DNA from: Squalus acanthias
Lineage: Eukaryota
Direction of reading: 5' to 3'
Length of the DNA: 64,000 bases
Assembly: GCA_030390025.1 (NCBI GenBank)
Contig: JASTWF010000336.1
Coordinates: forward strand, 186,001 to 250,000
The translations under genes were made by a program, and so were the position numbers. The notes under the pieces are model-generated. The model was not told the DNA's origin, made no database searches, and worked only from the letters and a program-made list of their open reading frames with translations. How positions within the stretch are numbered: position 1 is the stretch's first letter; each line of letters opens with the position of its first letter. Below are positions 10,106 through 20,831 of this stretch, one piece after another.

Positions 10106-13100
10106 TCAAATCAAAATTTGGAAGTCCGGGGTGACGATGCACTCCAGCCCCCGCGGCGCCCACCGGTCGCGGAAAAACTCAAGCGTGCCGGCGGACACCG
10201 CGTGCTCCATCTCCAGGGCCACCCGGGCGCGAACATGGCCGCGGAAGAGAGGCAGGCAATCGGGCCGAACGACCCCCTCGACCGCCCGCTGCCTGGACCA
10301 ATTAATGGCTTTCTTGGCCAGGCCCAGGAGCAGTCCCACGAGGAGGTCCTCCGACCTACCCGCTCCCCTCCGTACCGGGTGACCGTAGATCAGTAGCGTG
10401 GGGCTGAAGTGCAACCAGAAATTGAGGAGCAGCCCCTTCAAATAATGAAAGAGGGGCTGCAACCTCTCACACACAATATAAATGTGAAAGACGGACTCCT
10501 CCAGGCCGCAGAAATGGCAAGCAGCCTGGGAGTCCGTAAACCTATTTAAAAGCCTATTGCACGGGACTGCTCCGTGCAACACCCTCCAGGCCAAGTCCCC
10601 AATAGAACAAGGGAAGACTCCCGCGTAGAGAGCCCTCCAATGGGGACCTTCGCCTCCGCCGGACGGCAGGATGGTGCGCCAAGGCGTGTCCGGACGGCAG
10701 ACGAAGATGGCAAAGTGGAGAGTGTGCAGGAGCAGCCCGTACAGGAAACGCCTCCGTGCGGATTGAAAGGGCACGGAGGGCATTTCTCCGAGAAGGCTCA
10801 AGTGGTGAGGCGGCGGCTCCCGAGGGAGGATTCGGGGCCGGGCGCCGATAAGGAATTCCGTCCGAACGGGGGTCAGATCGGACGGGATCGCCCCACGTGC
10901 TTGAGCCTCCTCGACACACCTAGTGGAGACGGGGCCCAGTGCCACTTTTAGCGACTCGATGGCTTTGACCGCGAGCCGGACGTTGACCCAGGACATGCGC
11001 CTCGCCAACTCCTCCGGCGCCATCCAGCCCGCTCCTCCGCCATCGAGCAGGTCCCCGACTCTGGTCACCTTACCGGGCACAGCCCTGCCCTCCGCCAGCC
11101 AGCCGAACCCGCGGTCGTGGAGGTGCGGATTCCTGAACAGCGGCTCCCGAAGGACGGCCGCCGCTCCTGACGGGGGAGAACTGCGCTCGGAGGCGACGCT
11201 GTTCCAAACCCATAGCAGTTCCTGGTAGAAGACAGGCAGCTCCCGCAGGCTGGCACGCGTGTCACCCACTCTCACAAACAGGAGCTGCGTGTCGTAATTG
11301 AGGCCGTGCAGCTGGCGGAAGAAATACGTCGCCAGCGCACGCCACCTAGGAGGATTCTCCACGTACAGGTATCTCTGCAGCGTCTGAAGACGGAAAGTCG
11401 CCGCCTGGGTGCGAAGGCACACCAGCGCCTGACTGCCCTCCCTAAGCGGGAGACTCAAAACCGCGGCAGAGACCCAGTGCTTCCTTTTGTCCCAGAAGAA
11501 GTCGACGAGCTTCTTCTGCATCTTGGCGACAAACGCAGGGGGAGGGATCAAAGTGACCAACCGGTACCACAACATGGTGGCCACCAGCTGGTTTATGACC
11601 AGCGCTCGACCCCTGTAGGACAACACTCGGAGCAGTCCTGTCCAGCGCCCTAGGCGAGCGGTGACTTTGGCCTCCAGCTCTTGCCAGTTCGCCGGCCAGG
11701 CGTCCTCGGCCGGGCTGAGGTAGACTCCCAGGTAGAGGAGGTGCGTGGTGCTCCAGGCGAAAGGCCCGAACTCCTCCGGCAGGGAGTCCACCTGCCATGG
11801 GCCCACCAGGAGTCCAGAACATTTCTCCCAGTTGATCTTGGCGGAGGATGCGTCCGAGTAAATCTGCTGGCATTCTCGCATCCTCCGCAAGTCGACGGGA
11901 TCCGTGACCGCGAGGAGCACGTCATCGGCGTAAGCCGAGAGGACCACCTCCACGCCCGGCCCTTGCAGAGCCAGTCCCGTCAACCTCTTCCGCAAGAGGC
12001 GCAGGAAAGGCTCCACGCAAACGGCGTATAACTGACCGCACATGGGGCAGCCCTGACGCACCCCCCTCCCGAAGCGAAGGGGCGCCGTCAAAGACCCGTT
12101 AACTTTAATGAGACACTCCGCGGCGGCGTACAGAAGTCGGATCCGGGCGACGAAATGCGTCCCGAACCCGAAAGCGCGCAGAGTCCCGAAAAGATACTCG
12201 TGATCCACCCTGTCGAACGCCTTCTCCTGATCCAGGGAAAGGAAGGCGACCGACAGACCAGCCCTCTGGGAATGGTGGACCAGGTCCCGGAACAGATGGA
12301 TGTTATCGTGGATACTCCGGCCCAGGACCGTGTAGGACTGGTCGGGGTGGATCATGCGGGCCAGCACGGTGCCAAGGCGAGCAGACATAGCCCTGGCGAA
12401 AATTTTGTAGTCCGTGCTGAGGAGGGAGACCGGGCGCCAGTTCTTAAGTAGGCGGAGATCGCCCTTCTTGGGCAGCAGGACGATGACCGCCCTGCGCCAA
12501 GAGAGGGGCATCTCCCCGGTCGCCAGACTTTCCCCCAGGACCCGCGCGTAGTCGTCCCCCAAGACGTCCCAGAACGCCCTGTGGAACTCCACGGTCAGCC
12601 CGTCCAGCCCCGGGGACTTGCCCCTCGAGAGCTGGCGCAGGGCGCCGGTCAGCTCCGCCAGGCTTAGCGGAGCTTCTAAATTCTCGGCCCCCTCCGGGCC
12701 GACCTTCGGCAGGTCCTCCCACAAAACTCTGCGCGCATCCTCGCTGGACGGATCCGAAGAGAACAGAGCCCCGTAATAGGCCCGGGCCTCCGCGCTGATG
12801 CCCTCCGGATCCGAGACCAGAGATCCGTCGTCGGCCAGCAGCCCCAAGAGCTGCTTACGGACCCCCCGTCTTTTTTCCAGCGAGTAGAAGAAGGGGGAGC
12901 CGCGGTCCAGGTCCCGCAGGAACTGGATCCGCGACCTCACGTACGCGCCTCGGGACCCGACCAGCTGCAGGTCCTTCAGCGCGCCCTTCTTCTCTTCGTA
13001 CACCTTCCGCAGGGCCGGGTCCTCGACGACCTGACCGAGACGGGACTCCAGGTCGAGCACTTCTTTCTCCAATTGGCCGACCCGGGCCTCCCGCCTCTTG

Positions 13101-14005
13101 GTCGACCCCTTCGCGTACTCCTGACAGAAGACGCGGACGTGAGCCTTGCCCACGTCCCACCATAGCCTCAAGGAGGGGAAGCCTCCCCGCTTCCTTCTCC
13201 AGTCGGCCCAGAACCGGCGAAACGAATCCCGGAACCGCGCGTCCTCCAGCAGCAGGTTGTTAAAATGCCAGTACGCGGACCCCCCCCGCGCGCGCAGCGG
13301 AGCGAGCTCCGCCCACACCAGGTGGTGGTCCATGCACGGCAGCGGCCGCATGGAAGCCGCCGGAACGCAGGAGACGTACGCCCGGGAAATGTAAAGGCGG
13401 TCGATTCTGGACCTTCCTCCTCCAGACCTCACGCTCGTGAAGGCGCTGGAGTCGGGATGGAGATTTCGCCAGACGTCCACCAAGTTGAAGGACCCGACCA
13501 GGTCCCGCAACTTCTCCATCGCCGCCGGGCTTCGCGGGGGACCCGACCGGTCCCACGCCTCGAGAGTACAATTGAAATACCCCCCGAGGATGACGCACTC
13601 GCCCACGTCGATGGAGCCCAGAAGAGCGGACACTTCTCCGAAGAAGCGCACTTGCTGCGCACCGGTCCGGGGGGCGTACACGTTCACTAAATGGAGCGGC
13701 ACGCCTCCCAGGCGAACAGTGACCTGGAGCAAGCGGCCCGGCACGTGCTCCTTGACCCTCAAGATCTCCGGCTGAAAATGCGGGGCCAGCAAGACAGCCA
13801 CCCCACAGGAATTGTTGGAGAGGTGACTCATGCTGACCCCTCCTTGCCACTCCAGGAGCCACGTGGCCTCGTCTCCCGGAGCGGTGTGGGTTTCTTGCAG
13901 GAAGCACACCGCATATTTCCCGTCCCGAAGGACCGAGAAGTTATTGAATCTACGGCGCGCCTCCCTGCTGCCGTTGATGTTGAGGCTGGCTATGGTTATC
14001 TTCAT
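10106..14005 (-). CDS. Tx1-B ORF2 (APE endonuclease, RT, C-terminal Zn finger); open, but GDFN is mutated to GYFN
   Basis: SLNING, FLQETH, NWRPVSLL, LDQEKAFDRV, GVRQGCP, YADD, CHFCGLEESVFH. Confidence 0.92.
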   Translation of the reverse strand: MKITIASLNINGSREARRRFNNFSVLRDGKYAVCFLQETHTAPGDEATWLLEWQGGVSMSHLSNNSCGVAVLLAPHFQPEILRVKEHVPGRLLQVTVRLGGVPLHLVNVYAPRTGAQQVRFFGEVSALLGSIDVGECVILGGYFNCTLEAWDRSGPPRSPAAMEKLRDLVGSFNLVDVWRNLHPDSSAFTSVRSGGGRSRIDRLYISRAYVSCVPAASMRPLPCMDHHLVWAELAPLRARGGSAYWHFNNLLLEDARFRDSFRRFWADWRRKRGGFPSLRLWWDVGKAHVRVFCQEYAKGSTKRREARVGQLEKEVLDLESRLGQVVEDPALRKVYEEKKGALKDLQLVGSRGAYVRSRIQFLRDLDRGSPFFYSLEKRRGVRKQLLGLLADDGSLVSDPEGISAEARAYYGALFSSDPSSEDARRVLWEDLPKVGPEGAENLEAPLSLAELTGALRQLSRGKSPGLDGLTVEFHRAFWDVLGDDYARVLGESLATGEMPLSWRRAVIVLLPKKGDLRLLKNWRPVSLLSTDYKIFARAMSARLGTVLARMIHPDQSYTVLGRSIHDNIHLFRDLVHHSQRAGLSVAFLSLDQEKAFDRVDHEYLFGTLRAFGFGTHFVARIRLLYAAAECLIKVNGSLTAPLRFGRGVRQGCPMCGQLYAVCVEPFLRLLRKRLTGLALQGPGVEVVLSAYADDVLLAVTDPVDLRRMRECQQIYSDASSAKINWEKCSGLLVGPWQVDSLPEEFGPFAWSTTHLLYLGVYLSPAEDAWPANWQELEAKVTARLGRWTGLLRVLSYRGRALVINQLVATMLWYRLVTLIPPPAFVAKMQKKLVDFFWDKRKHWVSAAVLSLPLREGSQALVCLRTQAATFRLQTLQRYLYVENPPRWRALATYFFRQLHGLNYDTQLLFVRVGDTRASLRELPVFYQELLWVWNSVASERSSPPSGAAAVLREPLFRNPHLHDRGFGWLAEGRAVPGKVTRVGDLLDGGGAGWMAPEELARRMSWVNVRLAVKAIESLKVALGPVSTRCVEEAQARGAIPSDLTPVRTEFLIGARPRILPREPPPHHLSLLGEMPSVPFQSARRRFLYGLLLHTLHFAIFVCRPDTPWRTILPSGGGEGPHWRALYAGVFPCSIGDLAWRVLHGAVPCNRLLNRFTDSQAACHFCGLEESVFHIYIVCERLQPLFHYLKGLLLNFWLHFSPTLLIYGHPVRRGAGRSEDLLVGLLLGLAKKAINWSRQRAVEGVVRPDCLPLFRGHVRARVALEMEHAVSAGTLEFFRDRWAPRGLECIVTPDFQILI

Positions 14006-14030
14006 CTCAGAAGCATAGTGCAACCTCTAC

Positions 14031-16193
14031 CTAACGGAGGGGAGGGAGCGCGGTCACTGACGACCGCCACTCCCTCAGCAGCCCAGTGTGGAAACTCTTG
14101 AGCTGACGCAGCTCGAGCCGGCCAACGTCCTTGTCCGCGCCCATGATTTTAACGGCGGCGCGGACGGACACGACGAGCAGCGCCAGCTCCGACCACTTGT
14201 CGAGGGCCAGCCGGATCTTCTTGTGACGACCCTGGCTCATGGCCATAAAATCCCGGAGTTCCCCTACGGGGATGAGGGGAGAGTCGGTGAAGGGCACGAG
14301 GGCGTCCATCACCTCGCTGCCGATGGACTCCAAATCGTCCTCGATGCCCACCACCGAGTCCCCGTCCTCCTCCGGGAGGTCGTCACCGGCGGCCGACCCG
14401 TCCGTCGCACGGGGTGCAGCGAACGGCTCGGCCGCACCGGCCGGGGCCGCCTCCGTCACGATCCCACCCCCAGGATCGGTGGCAGAGGAGTCCACCCTGG
14501 GCTCCTTCAGGGGCGCCGGGCCGGGAGGCGGCGGCGGCGGTTCGGGGCCCCCCCCCGCCTCAGGCGCCGGAGCGACCGGAGAAACCGGGGAGAAAATAAT
14601 CCCAAATTCCTCCAGCACGTCCGGCGCCAACATCAGAGACGGAGTCAGGAGGCTTTCCGTCTCCCCGCCACCAACCTCCGACCCAGCGGGCCGGGGACTG
14701 CTACACTCCTCCACCAGGTCGAGCAGTCCCTGGGAGATATCTGGGATGTAAAAGGCGGGCTAGGCCTCAGCCTCTTTGGCCTCGCCTGCCCCAGTCCCCA
14801 GGACGCCCGACCCGGCGAGGAGCAACGGTTCAGGTTTTTTACTATTGATAACCGCGGGTTGTTCCGCGCCCCCCCCCACGGGCAGGGTCTCTTCCCCATC
14901 CCCGGGAGGCACAGGTCGGACAGACTCGGCTGTCTCACCCTCCCGAGGGACAGACGACCCCTGCCGATCGCGCGCGATGATGACGGTGGTGGGGTGGGGC
15001 GCAGCACCCGCGGCGGGCGACTCCCCCCCTTCTGCGGAGGGACCTTCCTCCTCGCAGTCCTCCTCCTCCTGGGGGCGGAGCTTTCTTTTTAACATATTGG
15101 GGCCCGGAGAGGGGGAGGCCTCCATGTCTGCTGGGGCCTCCCTCTCTGCCCCCTTCCGACGACTGGGTTTCTTGGGCCCCTCGGGCCCGAGCCCGGCCAC
15201 AGGTCTTGATTCAGCTGCCTTGGCAGTTGCGGTCACGGTCACGGGCCCGGGCACGAGGACCCCCCCAGTCTCAGGCGTCCCGATCAACTCCGCGATGTAC
15301 TCGGGCGTGAGTTCGGTCAACTCGGATGTTTCCTCCACGAGGGGATCCGCCCTTAGGTGTTTATTTTTTCTACGCGCCTTCCTTCCCCCCGGACGCTCTC
15401 CCTCCCCCCCGCCGGAGGCCGTGTTGGTGTTGGCCTCCGATTTCGACCGCGCATCCGTCGCCATCGACGCGCGGACAGTATCAGAGGGAGGGGGGGCGGC
15501 GGCGCCAGCCCTGGCCGCGCCAGGTGTCGTGGCGGCCTTGGAGGCGGGGCAGTTTTTGCGGACGTGCCCCACCTCCTTACAGGCGTAGCACCGCACGCCG
15601 TCCGAGGTCCAGAAGACGCGGTGGGCGGTCCCCCCGTGGAGCACCGTGAACGCGCCGTCCGCGTCCTCCTCCCGCGCCAGCCGGACGAAAAGCTGGCGCC
15701 GGAAGGAGAAGACGTGCCGAAGGCTGGCTTCCCGGAAGCCGAGCGGGATGGGTGTGATCCCCGACCTCACCTCCCCCAGTTGACGTAGGTGGGGGAGGAG
15801 GAGCTCACCCGGAACAAAGGGCGGGACGTTGGAAACCACAATCCTTTGTGCGGTGGCCTCAAGGGGATCCACCGGCAGGAAGGTCCCGCCCACGGTGAGC
15901 CCCTTCTCGATGGCCAGGGACACCGCCCGCTCCGACCCCAGGAAGAACACAGCCTTGCCGTACATTTTAGAGGCGGCGACGATGGCTGAAGGGCCGACAA
16001 CCCCAGCCATGGCTTTTACGCACGCCTCTATTGTCATATTGGGGTGAGTGTAGCTCTTGACCCCATTCTTCCTCGTAAGGAGGGTAAAAGGTGACGGGGT
16101 AACAGGAGGACTCGTGGCTGCGGCCGTGGCCGCGGCTGCCACGCTTGCGTATGTCCTCGCTGCCCCCGCCACCGGCGAAGATGTGGTCGCCAT
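14031..16193 (-). pseudogene. Tx1-B ORF1 with one in-frame TAG at 14760-14762
   Basis: SNVPPF, FSFRRQ, CYACKEVGHVRKNC; frame continues past the stop and aligns with subfamily A ORF1. Confidence 0.85.
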
Positions 16194-16753
16194 GATGGGT
16201 TGGTCTTTAAGGGCTACACTCACCCCAAGTCACAGGCCTGAAGGTGTTAATGGCCTCGGTTTTTTGTTTCTGTTTTCCCCTGAGCAGAGGGAGCTCTTAA
16301 ATTGAAGGCACACCTCTCCCTTTATATGAATTAATTAGGAGAGGGGCCTTCTGCCCTCTGCTCAATGGGTACTTAATAAAAAGTAAATTGAGGTGCCTCT
16401 TAGAGAGAGAGGCAGAGAGAGACAAGAGACAAAGAGAGAGAGAGAGGGGGTGGGAAGGAGGGAAGCCGCAAGGGCAGGGTCGCCACTCAGGATGGTGGGT
16501 GGGTGGGTGTTGGCAGGGGGGTGCACTCTCCGATGTAATAAAAGTCTTTGGTGGTGGTCTTCTGGTGGGGGGAGAAGATGTCTTCACCTGGGATAGCTGG
16601 AGATGCCCAGGCTCAGTCCTGCACCAGGTCTTAACGATGCCCAATAAGATTAAATTAATTGGGGACTTCACCTAGGCAGCTCCAGCTGTCCCAGGCCAGG
16701 CAATGGGAAAGGGGTGTTTAATATGGTGTGTGCGGCCTAGCTTTTACAGAAGC

Positions 16754-16786
16754 CACACACACACACACACACACACCCCGAGTGCG
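16754..16786 (+). repeat. (CA)11 + CCCCGAGTGCG: putative target site and left TSD of the array
   Basis: Same motif recurs at 17642, 25454, 33438, 40958 and 48557. Confidence 0.85.
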
Positions 16787-17354
16787 AGACCCAGAGGAGA
16801 GTGGCCTGGGCGGGAGGCCCAGCACGGAGAACCCCAGGCGGGGGGCCCAGGGCGGGGCGGCTGGTCGGCAGAGGTGGAGTCGGGAGATGCGGTTGCTTCA
16901 CCCCGGGTGCTCGTGGGGAATGCCGGTGCGGAGGGTCCGGTGCAGAAGGCCCAAGGTGGAAGACCCAGAGGAGAGTGGCCTGGGCGGGAGGCCCAGCACG
17001 GAGAACCCCAGGCGGGGGGCCCAGGGCGGGGCGGCTGGTCGGCAGAGGTGGAGTCGGGAGATGCGGTTGCTTCACCCCGGGTGCTCGTGGGGAATGCCGG
17101 TGCGGAGGGTCCGGTGCAGAAGGCCCAAGGTGGAAGACCCAGAGGAGAGTGGCCTGGGCGGGAGGCCCAGCACGGAGAACCCCAGGCGGGGGGCCCAGGG
17201 CGGGGCGGCTGGTCGGCAGAGGTGGAGTCGGGAGATGCGGTTGATTCACCCCGGCTGCTCGCGGGGAATGCCGGTGCGGAGGGTCCGGTGCAGAAGGCCC
17301 AAGGTGGAAGACCCGGAGGAGAGTGGCCTGGGCGGGAGGCCCAGCACGGAGAAC
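16787..17354 (+). repeat. 174-bp GC-rich tandem repeat, about 3.3 copies
   Basis: Repeat starts at 16787, 16961, 17135, 17309. Confidence 0.95.
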
Positions 17355-17641
17355 AATTGAGTGGATGGTCGGGTGGGTGGTGCCAGTGGGACTGGCGCGG
17401 AACAGGTTTCTTGGGTTATTGGAGTGGATGTTATATGTGGCATTTAGTTGGATTGTGATGGTGCTATGTGTTTGTACACTGTGGTGTTGAAATGGGTTGT
17501 TTTATGTGGAGTTAAGTGAGATGTATTATTTTAATATTAAAAAAAAGTGTGGTATTGTTTGGGGGTATTTGTACTGTATTTTGATGGATGAATGTAATGG
17601 TTTTACTATGTAATTTGTATTATTGGTTTGAATAAAAGATT
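16787..17641 (+). mobile_element. Array unit 0: tail-only copy (174-bp repeats + 3' module)
   Basis: Starts mid-repeat, ends AATAAAAGATT, flanked by CACACCCCGAGTGCG at 16772-16786 and 17642-17656. Confidence 0.85.
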
Positions 17642-18710
17642 CACACCCCGAGTGCGGCCCCAGGCCCCATTATTCGGACACCCAGGCGAGGACAGACGGA
17701 GGCAGAGGCTGAGGCTGCGAGGGACTCAGCTCAACACGGTGCTGCGTGAACGGGTGAGCGCCGTTTGCTGAGAAGAGGAGGGGAAAGGAGAGGTCTCTTT
17801 TCTCTGTGCCTAGAAGGAGAAGGAGCCACGAAGGACAGAGTGGAGACCTTTTCCACCTCCACCACGCCTGCAGCTACAGCTACAACCACAACTGCTGCTG
17901 AGGTGAGAGAGGAGAGGAGAGGAGAGAGAGGAGACCAGCAACAGCAACAGAGGGAAGCCTTTCCATCACTGCCTCCCCAACTGGTCTCCATTACGAGAGA
18001 GGGAGAGAGGGGAGAACAAGACCAACATCTGCTTGGAAGGAGGGAGAGCGAGCCTTCGAGAAGGAAAACAACATCGAGAGGTGGGTGTTAAAAAGGGCAC
18101 TCTCCAAAAGACTTTGTATTTGAGGTGGGGGGAGGAAAGAAGAAGGAGAAGACCGGGATAGCAAGGGGTGTGTGTGAGTGTGTGTGGCTCTTGCTAACAA
18201 CTCGGCCACACACACCATCAACAAGCACCCCTTGCCTATTGCTTCACATTTTAGAACATTGTTAAGACCTGGTTGTAGACTGAGCCTGGGCATCTCCAGC
18301 TTTATTTTTTCCCAGGTGAAGACATCTTCTCCCCCCACCAGAAGAACATCAACAAAGACTTTATTTATCATCGAAGAGTGCCCCCCCCCCCAGGAGGCAC
18401 CCACCCACCCACTATCCTGAGTGGCGAATAGGCCCGTGCGGCCTTCCCCCTTTCCTCCTTCCCACCCCCTCTCTCTCTCTCTCTCTCTCTCTGCCTCTCT
18501 CTAATGAGGCACCTCAAACCTTATTTATTACCCAATTGAGCAGAGGGGAGAAGGCCACTCCCAATTCCAATCATAAAAGGGAGAGGTGTGCCTTCTTTTT
18601 CTCAAAACAACCCCCTCTGCTCGGGGGAAAAGACAAAAAAAACCCAAGGCCACTTAAACATCACCCGGCCTGTGACTTGGGGTGGGTGTAGCCCTTTATA
18701 CCACCTCAGT

Positions 18711-20800
18711 ATGGCGAGCACATCTTCGCCGGCGGCGGGGCAAGCAAGGTCGTACGCGGGTGTGGCAGCCACGGCCACAGCTGGTCCCGCTGCTTCTGCT
18801 GCCCCGTCGCCTTTCAGGCTATTGACAAAAAAGCTGGGGGTGAAGAGCTACACTCACCCCAACATGACCATAGAGGCTTGCGTCAAAGCCATGGCTGGGG
18901 TAGTCGGCCCCTCAGCCATCGTTGCGGCCTCTAAAATGTACGGTAAGGCTGTGTTCTTCCTGCGGTCGGAGCGGGCGGTGTCCCTGGCCGTCACCGAGGG
19001 GCTCACCGTGGGCGGGACCTTCCTGCCGGTGGATCCGCTCGAGGCCACCGAGCAGCGACTCATACTATCGAATGTCCCGCCATTTGTTCCGGTTGAGCTC
19101 CTCCTCCCCCACCTACGTCAACTGGGGGAGGTGAGGTCGGGGATTAATCCGATCCCGCTCGGCTGCAGGGAGGCCAGCCTCCGGCACGTCTTCTCCTTCC
19201 GGCGCCAGCTGTTTATCCAGCTGGCGCGGGAGGAAGACACGGAAGGCGCATTTAGCATAACACACGAGGGGACCGCCTACCGCGTCTTCTGGACGTCGGA
19301 CGGTGTGCGGTGCCATGCCTGTAAGGAGGTGGGGCACATAAGAAAGAACTGCCCCGCCTCCAAGGCCGCCAAAGCATCTGAGGCGGCCAAGGCTGGCGCC
19401 GCCGCCGCTCCTCCCCCTGTTTCTGTCCGCACGTCTGCGACACCCGATGCGCGGTCGACGCCGGAGGTCAACGCCGTCGCGGCGTCCGGCGAAGGGGAGG
19501 GGGAGCGTCCGACTGGAAGGAAGGCGCGGAGGAAAAGCAAACACCTTCAGGCGGGTCCCCTTCACATATATGATGACTTACCCGAGCTTACGCCCCTACA
19601 CCTTGCGCGGGTGGCGGCGGAGTTCGAGAATGCGAGGGACCTTGTGCCCGGGCCTGCGGCCGCATCCGCCAAGGCGGCAAAATCGAGACCTGCGGCCGTG
19701 ACCGGGCCCGGGACCCCCGAGCAGACCGATCGACAGGGGGGAGCGGAGGTGGAGGCCTCGGTATGCATGGAGGTCTCCCAACCTTCGTGTCCCTCCTCTT
19801 CGAAAAGGAGGCGCGACATCCTGGATGAGGGGGAGGACCGTGAGGAACGGGGTCCCCCCTCGCAAGGGGAGTCGTTGCCCGCCGCGGGTGCTGCGCCCCC
19901 CCCCCACCGACACCATCACCGAGATCCGGCAGGGGCCGCCTGTCCCCCGGGAGGGCATGACAGATGAGTCTGTCCAGCCTGTGCCTCCCGGGGATGGGGG
20001 AGAGGCCCTGCTCATGGGGGGGGGCCGCGGAACTACCCGCGGTGGGGAGTTACGCTGATCCGTTGTTTCTCGCCAGGTCGGGCATCCTGGGGACCGGGGC
20101 GGGCGAGGCCGATGAGGCAGAGCCCGCCGTGTACGGTCAGGACCACTCCCAGGCACTGCTCGACCTGGTTGAGCAATATAACCAGGGTACCTGGTCCGCT
20201 GGGTCGGAGGATGGTGGCGGTGAAGGGGAAGGCCCCCTGACTCCGTCTGCGACGCTGGCGCCGGGGTTGTTGAGGGAACTGGCACTAATGTGCTCCCCGG
20301 TTTCCCTGTGCACCCCGGTGCCGGGGGCGGAGGGGGGCCCCGAGCCGCCGCCGCTTCCTGACCCGGCGCCTCTGGAGGAGCCCAGGGAGGACTCCTCTGC
20401 TGCCGATCCTGGGGGTGGGATCGGGGCAGAGGTAGGGCTGGCCGATGGCGACCCCCCGGAGGAGGACGGGGACCCGGCGGAGGACACTGAGGATGATATG
20501 GAATCCGTCGCCAGTGAGGCGGCGGATGCCCTCGTGCCCTCCTCCGGGTCCCCCCTCATCCCCGTTGTGGAACTCCGGGACTTTGTGGCCATGGGCCAGG
20601 GTCGCCAGGATATAATCCGGCTGGCCATCGATAAATGGTCGGATCTGGCGCTGCTCGTTTGCTCCGTCCGCGCCGCAGTCAAAACCATGGGCGCGGACGG
20701 GGGCGTGGGCCTGGCCGAGCGGCGTCGGATCCAGAATTTCCTCGCTGGGCTTGGAAGGGAGTGGCGGTCGACTAGCGGCCGCGCTCCCTCCTCCCGTTAG
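18711..20800 (+). pseudogene. Unit 1 ORF1, frameshifted at homopolymer runs
   Basis: C10 near 19900 and G9 near 20020 versus C9/G8 in the intact units 3 and 5; could be sequencing error. Confidence 0.75.
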
Positions 20801-20831
20801 AGTAAGGTAGAGGTTGCACTATGCTCTTGTC

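Larger units (their letters stand above)
10049..16779 (-). mobile_element. Tx1-clade non-LTR retrotransposon, subfamily B, near full length
   Basis: 5' UTR, ORF1 with CCHC, ORF2 APE-RT-Zn finger, short AT-rich 3' UTR; the true 5' end may lie beyond the array. Confidence 0.9.

Noticed and set aside
16787..17354. CRISPR-like array
   Set aside because: Contiguous tandem repeats without unique spacers in a vertebrate context
16703..17458. 58-aa repeat proteins from the 174-bp repeat
   Set aside because: Open in several frames on both strands, no credible ATG, frameshifted in unit 1; no evidence of coding
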